Positions 18,689-27,400 of a DNA stretch of 64,000 nt are shown one piece after another. The position numbers and the translations under genes are program-made. The stretch spans positions 15,745-79,744 of the forward strand of contig JAZUSK010000035.1 in the NCBI GenBank assembly GCA_045606645.1, in the 5' to 3' direction. This stretch comes from Acutalibacteraceae bacterium (GTDB taxonomy: Bacteria > Bacillota > Clostridia > Oscillospirales > Acutalibacteraceae). Under the pieces are notes generated by a model that was not told where the DNA came from, ran no database searches, and was given only the letters and a program-made list of their open reading frames with translations. The stretch's first letter is position 1. Each line of letters opens with the position of its first letter.

Positions 18689-19609
18689 ATGAGAAATCTT
18701 ATTGATATTCTTGATTTTTCCACAGAAGAGCTTGATGCTCTCATAGAGTCTGCTAATGATATCATTGCAAATCCCGAGAAGTATTCCGAGAAGTGCAAGG
18801 GCAAGAAGCTTGCTACACTTTTCTTTGAACCTTCTACAAGAACCCGTCTCAGCTTTGAGGCAGCTATGCTTGAGTTGGGCGGTAGCGTTATCGGATTTTC
18901 TGAAGCAAACAGTTCCTCTGCCGCAAAGGGCGAGAGCGTTGCAGATACTGCGAAGACCATAAGCTGCTATGCTGATATTATCGCTATGCGCCATCCCAAA
19001 GAGGGTGCTCCTCTCGTAGCGGCACAGTATGCGTCTATTCCCGTTATCAATGCAGGTGACGGCGGTCACAATCATCCTACTCAGACTCTTACTGACCTTC
19101 TTACGATAAGTCGTGAGAAGGGCGGTTTTGATAACCTTACCGTGGGCTTCTGCGGCGACCTTAAATTCGGCAGAACGGTTCACTCTCTTATTACCGCTCT
19201 TTCAAGATATAAGGGTATTAAGGTAGTGCTTATCTCTCCTGAGGAGCTTAAATTACCCAGCTATATCAAAAAGGATGTTCTTAAGAAAAATAATATTCCT
19301 TACGAGCAGACTACTGATTTGGAGAGCGCAATGCCCGAACTGGATATTCTCTATATGACAAGAGTACAGAGAGAGCGCTTCTTCAACGAGGAGGACTATC
19401 TCAGACTTAAGGACAGCTATATATTAGAGCCCAAAAAGCTCCATAATGCAAAGAAGGATCTTTGTATTATGCATCCGCTTCCCAGAGTAAATGAGATTTC
19501 CGTGGCTGTGGACGATGACCCCAGAGCGTGCTATTTCAAGCAGGTTCTTAACGGCAAATACGTTCGTATGGCCCTTATTCTTAAGCTGTTAGAGGAGGCA
19601 AAACGATGA
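18689..19609 (+). CDS. pyrB: Aspartate carbamoyltransferase catalytic subunit
   Basis: 306 aa. STRTR and HPTQ motifs, plus HPLPR near the C-terminus. Confidence 0.95.
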   Translation: MRNLIDILDFSTEELDALIESANDIIANPEKYSEKCKGKKLATLFFEPSTRTRLSFEAAMLELGGSVIGFSEANSSSAAKGESVADTAKTISCYADIIAMRHPKEGAPLVAAQYASIPVINAGDGGHNHPTQTLTDLLTISREKGGFDNLTVGFCGDLKFGRTVHSLITALSRYKGIKVVLISPEELKLPSYIKKDVLKKNNIPYEQTTDLESAMPELDILYMTRVQRERFFNEEDYLRLKDSYILEPKKLHNAKKDLCIMHPLPRVNEISVAVDDDPRACYFKQVLNGKYVRMALILKLLEEAKR

Positions 19610-20022
19610 ATATTGATTCTATCATTAACGGTTTTGTTATCGATCATATAAACGCAGGTAAAGGTATGCGTATATATGAGCTTCTCGGTCTTGATAACGT
19701 GGATTGCTCCGTTGCAATTATCAAGAACGTAAACAGTAAAAAGCACGGCAAGAAGGATATAATTAAGATCGATGCAAATATTCCGATAGATTTTGATGTT
19801 ATCGGTTATGTTGCACCCGGTGCTACGGTTAATATTATCCGTGACAGTGTACTTGTTGAGAAGAAATTTATCAGTCTCCCCGAGACTCTTACAAACGTTA
19901 TAAAATGTAAGAATCCCCGTTGCATTACCACAACGGAGCAGGAGATAAATCACATATTCAAGCTCACAGATAAGGAGCAGGGCGTTTATCGTTGTCTTTA
20001 CTGTGAAACAAAGGCAAATTGA
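19606..20022 (+). CDS. pyrI: Aspartate carbamoyltransferase regulatory subunit
   Basis: 138 aa. C-terminal zinc motif CKNPRC...CLYC. Overlaps the pyrB stop. Confidence 0.9.
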   Translation: MNIDSIINGFVIDHINAGKGMRIYELLGLDNVDCSVAIIKNVNSKKHGKKDIIKIDANIPIDFDVIGYVAPGATVNIIRDSVLVEKKFISLPETLTNVIKCKNPRCITTTEQEINHIFKLTDKEQGVYRCLYCETKAN

Positions 20023-20038
20023 CCATTGTCAATTTGCC
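20013..20038 (+). terminator. Perfect 11-bp hairpin spanning the pyrI stop codon (possible terminator, no U-tract)
   Basis: GGCAAATTGAC-CATT-GTCAATTTGCC. No T-run follows, so its terminator function is uncertain. Confidence 0.35.
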
Positions 20039-20082
20039 TATAATAGGGGTATAGAATTTACTAATTTTAGACCTTTCGTGCC

Positions 20083-20111
20083 TTGACACCAATTTTACAA
20101 AATGGTAAAAT
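20083..20111 (+). promoter_or_regulatory. Candidate pur operon promoter
   Basis: TTGACA (20083-20088), 17-nt spacer, TAAAAT (20106-20111). Confidence 0.5.
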
Positions 20112-20127
20112 TGTAATGTTGTCAAAA

Positions 20128-20237
20128 GTCTTTTCTGTGACTGACGGAATGAGGCAGAATTAACTGCCGGGGAACAGAAAAGCACTGGTTTTTCTACAGT
20201 GCGTGAATAGACTTTGAGCCGACCGTCTGGGCACGCC
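20128..20237 (+). promoter_or_regulatory. ZTP (pfl motif) riboswitch aptamer
   Basis: GTGACTGACGG ... CTGCCGGGGAAC ... linker ... CCGACCGTCTGGGCA matches the conserved ZTP/pfl elements (GACUGGCG, CCGGG, CCGCCUGGGC). It sits upstream of purine genes, as is typical. Confidence 0.75.
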
Positions 20238-20270
20238 TTTTCTTGTGAATAGGTGCGCCCTTTTTGTTTT
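20229..20270 (+). terminator. Riboswitch expression-platform terminator
   Basis: GGGCACGCC ... GGTGCGCCC stem (one mismatch) followed by TTTTTGTTTT. The 5' arm overlaps the pseudoknot segment of the ZTP aptamer. Confidence 0.65.
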
Positions 20271-20302
20271 GAAAATTACCCGAAAGGATGTTTCGTTTCC
20301 AT

Positions 20303-20797
20303 ATGAAAAAAGTCGGAATTGTAATGGGTAGCGACAGCGATTTACCCGTAGTAGAAAAAGCAATCAATACACTTAAAGAATTTGAAGTTCCCTTTGAGGT
20401 TCACGTATTCTCTGCTCACAGAACCCCCGTTGAAGCGAAGGACTTCAGCGCTAATGCCCGTGAAAACGGCTTCGGTGTACTTATAGCTGCGGCAGGTATG
20501 GCGGCTCACCTTGCAGGTGCGGTTGCTGCTAACACAACTCTCCCTGTTATCGGTATCCCGATCAAGTCACAGAATCTCGGCGGTATGGAGGCTCTCCTTT
20601 CTACTGTTCAGATGCCTTCCGGTATTCCGGTAGCAACAGTTGCTATCGACGGCGCAGTAAACTCCGCACTTCTCGCTATCGAGATACTCTCTCTTTCCGA
20701 GCCCGTACTCGAAAAGAAACTTGCAGACAAGAGAGCGGCTGACACCGCAAAGGTTCTCGAAAAGAACGCTGCAATCGAAGAAAAGTACAACGTATAA
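20303..20797 (+). CDS. purE: N5-carboxyaminoimidazole ribonucleotide mutase (class I PurE)
   Basis: MKKVGIVMGSDSDL, SAHRTP, and AAGMAAHLAG motifs. ATG at 20303 is preferred; an alternative in-frame ATG lies at 20288. Confidence 0.9.
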   Translation: MKKVGIVMGSDSDLPVVEKAINTLKEFEVPFEVHVFSAHRTPVEAKDFSANARENGFGVLIAAAGMAAHLAGAVAANTTLPVIGIPIKSQNLGGMEALLSTVQMPSGIPVATVAIDGAVNSALLAIEILSLSEPVLEKKLADKRAADTAKVLEKNAAIEEKYNV

Positions 20798-20798
20798 T

Positions 20799-20932
20799 AA
20801 ATTAAAAACTAACAATTCAAAATTCAAATTTTCTGGGCTAAGCCGATTTTTATAACGCCGCGAAGCTAAATAAAATGTTCGGAAGCGAAGCTTCCCTGCA
20901 ATTTTGCATTTTGAATTTTGCATTCTGCATTT
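20799..20932. repeat. Two inverted copies of the dispersed AATT-word module
   Basis: Plus-strand copy AATTCAAAATTCAAATTTTCTGGGCTAAGCCGATT (about 20815-20848). Minus-strand copy AATGCAGAATGCAAAATTCAAAATGCAAAATTGCAGGGAAGCTTCGCTTCCGAA (20878-20932). Confidence 0.65.
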
Positions 20933-20947
20933 ATAAAGAGGTGTATT

Positions 20948-22372
20948 ATGGGCGGATTTTTCGGCGTAGCATCAAAGAACGATGCGGTTCTCGATGCTTT
21001 CTTCGGAGTTGACTATCATTCACACTTAGGTACGCGCAGAGGTGGTCTCGCAGCGTACGACAGTGAAAAGGGACTCCAACGTAAAATTCATAAAATAGAA
21101 AATTCACCGTTTAGAACAAAGTTTGAGAAGATTCTCGACGAGATGACGGGTACAAGTGCTATCGGCTGTATAAGCGATACCGATGCTCAGCCCCTTCTCA
21201 TGCGTTCTAATCACGGTTTATATGCAATAAGTACTATTGGTATCATCAATAATGAAGATGCTCTTGTTAAACAGTACCTCTCGTTCAGCGGCGGTCACTT
21301 CGGAGCAATGACGAGTACGGGTATTAACTCAACAGAGCTCATCTCTGCCATGATTGATCAGAAGAGCAGCTTTGCAGAGGGTATTGCCTTTGCGCAGGAT
21401 ATGGTAGAGGGTACCGCTTCTATCCTTATTCTTAAGGAGGACGGCAATATTATTGCCGCTCGCGATAAGCTTGGCAGACTTCCCATTCTTATAGGAAAGA
21501 GGGATGACGGATATTGCGTATCCTTTGAGGATTTTGCTTATAAGAAATTAGGCTACGAGGATTATATGGAATTGGGTCCCGGAGAGGTCGTTGAGATTTC
21601 TTCCGATGGTGTTGAGACACTTGTTAAGCCTCGCAAGGAAAAGAAGATATGTGCATTCCTTTGGTCATATTACGGATACCCCACCTCATGCTATGAGGGT
21701 GTAAACGTTGAAATAATGCGATACAGAAACGGTCAGATAATGGCGCAGACTGATAAAAAGCTTGGTATAGCTCAGGATATCGACTACGTTAGCGGTGTGC
21801 CGGATTCGGGTACACCACACGCTATCGGTTATGCTAACGAAAGCAGAGTACCGTTTGCAAGACCGTTTATTAAATATACTCCCACTTGGGCGAGAAGCTT
21901 TACCCCCACAAATCAAAGGGCAAGAAATATGGTTGCGAAGATGAAGCAGATCCCCGTCCACGACCTTATTAAGGACAAGAAGCTTCTTTTCGTCGACGAC
22001 AGCATCGTAAGAGGTACTCAGCTCAGAGAAACTGTAGAGTTCCTTTATGAAAACGGTGCTAAGGAGGTTCATATGCGTTCTGCATGTCCTCCCATTATGT
22101 ATGGTTGTAAGTTCCTTAATTTCTCAAGAGGAACTTCCGATATGGAGCTCATAACAAGAAGTACAATTATGGAGCTTGAGGGCGAAGAAGGCTTTAAGCA
22201 TCTTGATGAATACAGCGATGCTTCCACCGAACGCGGTGCAAAGATGAGAAAAGCGATCTGCGAAAAGCTCAAGTTTGACTCTCTTGAATTCCAGTCACTT
22301 GAAGGTATCATCGAAGCAATCGGACTTCCTGCCGATCAGGTATGTACCTACTGCTGGAACGGTAAGGGTTAA
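20948..22372 (+). CDS. purF: Amidophosphoribosyltransferase homologue lacking the N-terminal catalytic cysteine
   Basis: The ATG at 20948 follows AAAGAGG. The protein begins MGGFFGVASK instead of MCG(I/V)xG. PRTase loop LLFVDDSIVRGTQ and Fe-S-type cysteines (SACPP, CTYC) are present. Confidence 0.85.
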   Translation: MGGFFGVASKNDAVLDAFFGVDYHSHLGTRRGGLAAYDSEKGLQRKIHKIENSPFRTKFEKILDEMTGTSAIGCISDTDAQPLLMRSNHGLYAISTIGIINNEDALVKQYLSFSGGHFGAMTSTGINSTELISAMIDQKSSFAEGIAFAQDMVEGTASILILKEDGNIIAARDKLGRLPILIGKRDDGYCVSFEDFAYKKLGYEDYMELGPGEVVEISSDGVETLVKPRKEKKICAFLWSYYGYPTSCYEGVNVEIMRYRNGQIMAQTDKKLGIAQDIDYVSGVPDSGTPHAIGYANESRVPFARPFIKYTPTWARSFTPTNQRARNMVAKMKQIPVHDLIKDKKLLFVDDSIVRGTQLRETVEFLYENGAKEVHMRSACPPIMYGCKFLNFSRGTSDMELITRSTIMELEGEEGFKHLDEYSDASTERGAKMRKAICEKLKFDSLEFQSLEGIIEAIGLPADQVCTYCWNGKG

Positions 22373-22411
22373 TTAAGTTTAAAATTATTGAAATATATAA
22401 GGAGAATTACC

Positions 22412-23461
22412 ATGAATAATTCAAGATCAGAAAGCTACGCAGCAGCGGGTGTTGATATTACTGCAGGTTACAAAGCAGTTGAGCTTATGAAGAAGCACGT
22501 TGCAAGAACTCGTAACGAGGGTTCTCTTGACGACGTTGGCGGCTTCGGCGGTTGCTTCGACCTCGGTTGCGTTGCAGGAATGGAGCATCCTATCTTAGTT
22601 TCCGGTACTGACGGTTGCGGAACTAAAGTTAAATTAGCAATTCTTATGGACAAGCACGATACTATCGGTATTGATGCAGTTGCTATGTGTGTTAACGATA
22701 TCATCTGTGTTGGTGCAAAGCCCTTATATTTCCTTGACTATATTGCTTGCGGTAAGAATATTCCCGAAAAGATCGCTGAAATCGTAAGCGGTGTTGCAGA
22801 GGGTTGTGTACAGTCAGGCTGTGCTCTCACAGGCGGTGAGACTGCAGAGCATCCCGGACTTATGCCCGAGGAAGATTACGACCTTGCAGGCTTTGCAGTA
22901 GGTATAGTTGACAGACCTAAGATGATCGACAACAGCAAGATGGCTGTAGGCGACGTTGTTATTGCTCTTCCTTCTACCGGCATTCATTCCAACGGCTTCA
23001 GTCTTTGCCGTAAGGTTTTCGACATCGACAACAACAATCCCGAACTCTACGTTAAGCGCGACGAGTTGGGCGGCAAGAGCATTGCAGAAGCTTTGATCGT
23101 TCCTACAAAGATTTACGTTAAGCCCGTTCTCGCTCTTCTTGAGAAGGTTAATGTAAAGGGTATTTCTCACATCACAGGCGGCGGCTTCTATGAGAATATT
23201 CCCCGTTCAATTCCCGATGGCTTATGTGCAAAGATCGACAAGTCTGCTGTTAAGGTTCTTCCTATCTTCAAGACAATTGCAGAGTGGGGTAACATTCCCG
23301 AGCGCGATATGTTCAATACATATAATATGGGTGTTGGTATGAGCATCGTTGTTCCTGCAGATGCGGTAGAGACTTCTATTTCTGTTCTTAAGGACAATGG
23401 CATTGATGCTTACGTTATCGGTGAGATCATCGAGAACGAAGACAAGATTATCTTAGAATAA
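22412..23461 (+). CDS. purM: Phosphoribosylformylglycinamidine cyclo-ligase (AIR synthetase)
   Basis: YAAAGVDI, GTDGCGTK, and DYIACGK motifs. The ATG at 22412 follows AAGGAG. Confidence 0.9.
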   Translation: MNNSRSESYAAAGVDITAGYKAVELMKKHVARTRNEGSLDDVGGFGGCFDLGCVAGMEHPILVSGTDGCGTKVKLAILMDKHDTIGIDAVAMCVNDIICVGAKPLYFLDYIACGKNIPEKIAEIVSGVAEGCVQSGCALTGGETAEHPGLMPEEDYDLAGFAVGIVDRPKMIDNSKMAVGDVVIALPSTGIHSNGFSLCRKVFDIDNNNPELYVKRDELGGKSIAEALIVPTKIYVKPVLALLEKVNVKGISHITGGGFYENIPRSIPDGLCAKIDKSAVKVLPIFKTIAEWGNIPERDMFNTYNMGVGMSIVVPADAVETSISVLKDNGIDAYVIGEIIENEDKIILE

Positions 23462-23498
23462 TCTCTAAATCAGAAAATACATAAAAGGATGGGTTTTT

Positions 23499-24131
23499 AT
23501 GCCTAAGTCAAAGATTGCCGTTCTCGTTTCAGGCGGCGGTACAAATTTACAGGCTCTCATAGATGCGGGCAAAAGAGGGGAGTTGGGTAATGGTGAAATT
23601 ACCTGCGTTATTTCCTCTAAGGCGGACGCTTTCGCTCTCACGAGAGCCGCCGACAACGGAATAAAAACCCGTACTCTCATAAGAAAGGAATATCCCGATA
23701 TAGCATCGTATAGCTGTGCTATGAGAGATATACTCCTTGAAGAGCAGGCAGACCTTGTGGTTTATGCAGGGTTTATGACTATTCTTGATGAGAACGTATG
23801 CGATACGTTCAAAAACAAGATGATAAACGTTCATCCTGCTCTGATCCCTTCCTTTTGCGGTAAGGGCTTCTACGGTCTTCACGTGCACGAAAGTGCTCTC
23901 GAGAAGGGCGTTAAGGTTTCGGGTGCTACAGTTCACTTTGTAACAGCCGAATGCGACGCAGGTCCCATAATCCTCCAGAAAGCGGTTGAGGTTTGCGAGG
24001 GTGACACACCCGAGACACTTCAGAAGCGTATAATGGAGCAGGCAGAGTGGAAGATACTGCCCAAGGCAGTTCAGCTTTTCTGCGACGGTAAGATATCCGT
24101 TGTAGGTAACAAGACAGTTATTTCAGAGTAA
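23499..24131 (+). CDS. purN: Phosphoribosylglycinamide formyltransferase
   Basis: 210 aa. IAVLVSGGGTNLQALID, NVHPALIP, and GATVHFV motifs. Confidence 0.9.
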   Translation: MPKSKIAVLVSGGGTNLQALIDAGKRGELGNGEITCVISSKADAFALTRAADNGIKTRTLIRKEYPDIASYSCAMRDILLEEQADLVVYAGFMTILDENVCDTFKNKMINVHPALIPSFCGKGFYGLHVHESALEKGVKVSGATVHFVTAECDAGPIILQKAVEVCEGDTPETLQKRIMEQAEWKILPKAVQLFCDGKISVVGNKTVISE

Positions 24132-24156
24132 TATTAACGGGAAAGGATAGATGATA

Positions 24157-24873
24157 ATGGAAATCAAGACAATCGCAAATGAGCTTAATTCTCTCGCATA
24201 TCACGGCAGAGGAATCATCATCGGTAAGAGTGCCGATTCTAAGAAGGCTATCACCGCTTACTTCATTATGGGTAGAAGTGAGAATAGCCGTAACAGAGTA
24301 TTTATTGAGGATGGAGAGGGTATCAGAACTCAGGCTTTCGATGAGTCAAAGATGGTTGACCCCCACCTCATCATCTATGCTCCCGTAAGAGTATTAGGTA
24401 ACAAGACAATCGTTACAAACGGTGACCAGACAGATACAATCTACGAGCTTATGGATAAGCAGATGACATTTGAGCAGGCTCTTCGTACCCGTGAGTTTGA
24501 GGACGATGCTCCCAACTACACACCCCGTATATCAGGTATCATCCATTTAGAAAACGGCGATATGAATTACGCTATGTCTATTCTTAAGTCAGCAGACGGT
24601 GACGGTTCATCTTGTCAGAGATATACATACGCTTATTCCAATCCTCTTCCCGGTAAGGCAAAGTTTATCCATACATATAAGTGCGACGGTAATCCTCTCC
24701 CCAGCTTTGAGGGTGAGCCCAAGACACTCGAGCTTCCCGATATGGATATCAATTCACTTACAGATTTGATCTGGACAAACCTTAATGAAGACAACAAGGT
24801 TTCTCTTTTCGTAAGATATATTGACCTTGAGACAGGTAAGTACGACTCAAGAATCGTAAATAAGAACAAATAA
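24157..24873 (+). CDS. IMP cyclohydrolase (stand-alone, PurO-like family)
   Basis: About 238 aa. Sits in the pur operon next to an AICARFT-only gene. Sequence YHGRGIIIGKS...YFIMGRSENSRNR is typical of this family. ATG at 24157 has better RBS spacing than 24151. Confidence 0.75.
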   Translation: MEIKTIANELNSLAYHGRGIIIGKSADSKKAITAYFIMGRSENSRNRVFIEDGEGIRTQAFDESKMVDPHLIIYAPVRVLGNKTIVTNGDQTDTIYELMDKQMTFEQALRTREFEDDAPNYTPRISGIIHLENGDMNYAMSILKSADGDGSSCQRYTYAYSNPLPGKAKFIHTYKCDGNPLPSFEGEPKTLELPDMDINSLTDLIWTNLNEDNKVSLFVRYIDLETGKYDSRIVNKNK

Positions 24874-24886
24874 GGAGAACTGAGAG

Positions 24887-26071
24887 ATGAAAGAATTCGA
24901 ATTAAAATATGGCTGTAACCCCAATCAGAAGCCGGCTAAGATTTTTATGGCAGACGGTAGTGAGCTTCCTATAGAGATTCTCTGCGGTCGTCCCGGCTTT
25001 ATCAACTTCCTTGATGCTTTCAACAGCTGGCAGCTCGTTAAGGAGCTTAAAGAGGCTCTCGGTCTTCCTGCGGTTACATCATTCAAGCACGTTAGCCCTA
25101 CATCTGCTGCAGTAGGTATTCCGCTTTCCGACAAGCTTAAGAAGGCTTGTTTCGTAGATGATATTGAGGGTCTTGACGAGTCTCCTCTTGCTTGCGCTTA
25201 CGCTCGTGCAAGAGGTACAGACAGAATGTGCTCCTTTGGTGACTGGGTAGCTCTCTCCGACGTTTGCGACGTTACAACAGCTAAGCTTATCCAGAGAGAG
25301 GTTTCCGACGGTATCATCGCTCCCGGTTACGAGCCCGAAGCACTTGAAATCCTCAAGTCAAAGAGAAAGGGCAACTACAATATCGTAAAGATCGATCCCG
25401 ATTACGTACCTGCAGCTATCGAGCACAAGCAGGTATTCGGTATTACATTTGAGCAGGGTAGAAACAACTTCGAAATCAACCCTGAGCTCCTTACAAACAT
25501 CGTAACAGAGAATAAGGATATGCCCGAAAGTGCAGTTCGTGACCTTATCGTGGCTCTTATCACTCTCAAGTACACTCAGTCCAATTCCGTTTGCTATGCA
25601 GTTGACGGACAGGCTATCGGTGTAGGTGCAGGTCAGCAGTCAAGAATCCATTGCACACGTCTTGCAGGTACAAAGGCAGATACATGGTTCCTTCGTCAGC
25701 ACGACAAGGTTCTTAACCTTCCCTTCAAGGATACTCTCGGCAGACCCGACCGCGATAACGTTATCGACGGCTATATTAACAAGAACGAAGAGGACGTATG
25801 TGCAGACGGCAACTGGCAGAAGTACTTCACTTCTCAGCCCGAGCCCCTTACAGATGAAGACGTAAAGGCTTACTTTGCTACTCTTGACGGCGTTGCTCTC
25901 GGCTCTGACGCTTTCTTCCCCTTCAGCGACAATATTGAGCGCGCAAAGAAGAGCGGTGTTAAGTACATTGCAGAGCCCGGCGGATCAATCCGTGATGATG
26001 TTGTTATTGAATGTGCTGATAAGTACGGAATGACAATGGCGTTTACAGGAATGAGACTGTTCCATCATTAA
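24887..26071 (+). CDS. purH: AICAR formyltransferase (PurH formyltransferase domain only)
   Basis: 394 aa. LKYGCNPNQ, FKHVSPTSAAVG, GVGAGQQSRIHC, and AFFPFSDNIERA motifs. Confidence 0.85.
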   Translation: MKEFELKYGCNPNQKPAKIFMADGSELPIEILCGRPGFINFLDAFNSWQLVKELKEALGLPAVTSFKHVSPTSAAVGIPLSDKLKKACFVDDIEGLDESPLACAYARARGTDRMCSFGDWVALSDVCDVTTAKLIQREVSDGIIAPGYEPEALEILKSKRKGNYNIVKIDPDYVPAAIEHKQVFGITFEQGRNNFEINPELLTNIVTENKDMPESAVRDLIVALITLKYTQSNSVCYAVDGQAIGVGAGQQSRIHCTRLAGTKADTWFLRQHDKVLNLPFKDTLGRPDRDNVIDGYINKNEEDVCADGNWQKYFTSQPEPLTDEDVKAYFATLDGVALGSDAFFPFSDNIERAKKSGVKYIAEPGGSIRDDVVIECADKYGMTMAFTGMRLFHH

Positions 26072-26105
26072 CTTTAGCTAATATACATCACTTTTGAGGT
26101 GTTTT

Positions 26106-27371
26106 ATGAAAATAATGGTTGTAGGCGGTGGCGGAAGAGAACATGCCATCATCAAGAAAATCAAAGAAAATAAAGAAGTTACCGAGATTTTTGCTCTTCC
26201 TGGTAACGGCGGTATGGCACAGGACGCTACTCTTGTAGATATCGGTGCCAAGGATATTGAGAAAATCGTAGCCTTTGCCGTTGAAAATAATATAGATTAT
26301 GCAGTTGTAGCACCCGACGATCCGCTTGTTTTGGGTTGTGTAGATGCTCTCAACGAAAAGGGTATCCCTTGCTTTGGACCTAAAGCTAATGCGGCTATCA
26401 TTGAAGGCAGTAAGGTTTTCTCTAAGAATCTTATGAAGAAATACGGTATTCCCACTGCCGCATACGAAGTATTCAATGATATGGATAAGGCTCTCGAGTA
26501 TCTCGAGACTGCTCCTATCCCCACAGTTATTAAGGCGGACGGTCTTGCACTCGGTAAGGGTGTTATAATCGCTACAACGAGAGACGAGGCTAAGGCGGCG
26601 GTAGTTTCTATGATGCAGGACAAGATGTTCGGCACAAGCGGTGATAACATCGTTATTGAAGAGTTCCTTACAGGCCCCGAGGTTTCCGTTCTTTCATTCA
26701 CAGACGGTAAGACTGTAGTTCCCATGATTTCATCTATGGATCATAAGAGAGCAGGGGACAATGATACGGGTCTTAATACGGGCGGTATGGGTACGGTTGC
26801 TCCCAACCCCTATTACACGGAAGACGTAGCAAAGGAGTGTATGGAAAAGATTTTCCTTCCCACTATCGATGCTATGAATAAAGAAGGCAGAACCTTCAAG
26901 GGTTGTCTCTACTTCGGTCTTATGATCACACCTAACGGCCCCAAGGTTATCGAGTATAACTGCCGTTTCGGTGACCCCGAGACTCAGGTAGTATTACCTC
27001 TTCTTGAAAGCGACCTTCTTACAATTATGAAGGCTACTACCGACGGCACACTTGCTGATACGGAGGTTAAGTTCTCTGATAAGAGTGCTTGCTGCGTTAT
27101 TATGGCATCTGAGGGCTATCCCGTTGAGTATAAGAAGGGCTTTGAGATGACTATCCCTGCAGATATAAGCGACAACGTTTACGTTGCGGGTGCATCTCTT
27201 AAGGACGGTAAGCTTCTTACAAACGGCGGTCGTGTGTTAGGTGCTACCGCAGTAGAGGGCGACCTTAAGACGGCTATAGCTTCCGCTTACGCTCTTGTAG
27301 ATAAGATCAGCTTTGGTAATGCTTATTACCGTCACGATATCGGTGCTAAGGCACTCGCGGCAAAAGTGTGA
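26106..27371 (+). CDS. purD: Phosphoribosylamine-glycine ligase
   Basis: MKIMVVGGGGREHAI, ATP-grasp fold, CRFGDPETQ. ATG at 26106 follows GAGGTG. Confidence 0.9.
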   Translation: MKIMVVGGGGREHAIIKKIKENKEVTEIFALPGNGGMAQDATLVDIGAKDIEKIVAFAVENNIDYAVVAPDDPLVLGCVDALNEKGIPCFGPKANAAIIEGSKVFSKNLMKKYGIPTAAYEVFNDMDKALEYLETAPIPTVIKADGLALGKGVIIATTRDEAKAAVVSMMQDKMFGTSGDNIVIEEFLTGPEVSVLSFTDGKTVVPMISSMDHKRAGDNDTGLNTGGMGTVAPNPYYTEDVAKECMEKIFLPTIDAMNKEGRTFKGCLYFGLMITPNGPKVIEYNCRFGDPETQVVLPLLESDLLTIMKATTDGTLADTEVKFSDKSACCVIMASEGYPVEYKKGFEMTIPADISDNVYVAGASLKDGKLLTNGGRVLGATAVEGDLKTAIASAYALVDKISFGNAYYRHDIGAKALAAKV

Positions 27372-27400
27372 TAGGAATAATCCCAAAAGGAGTAAGAACA

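Noticed and set aside
18443-19183. 246-aa minus-strand ORF
   Set aside because: It lies entirely antisense to the well-supported pyrE and pyrB genes. It has no RBS, its composition is odd, and it spans their intergenic gap. It is a shadow ORF.
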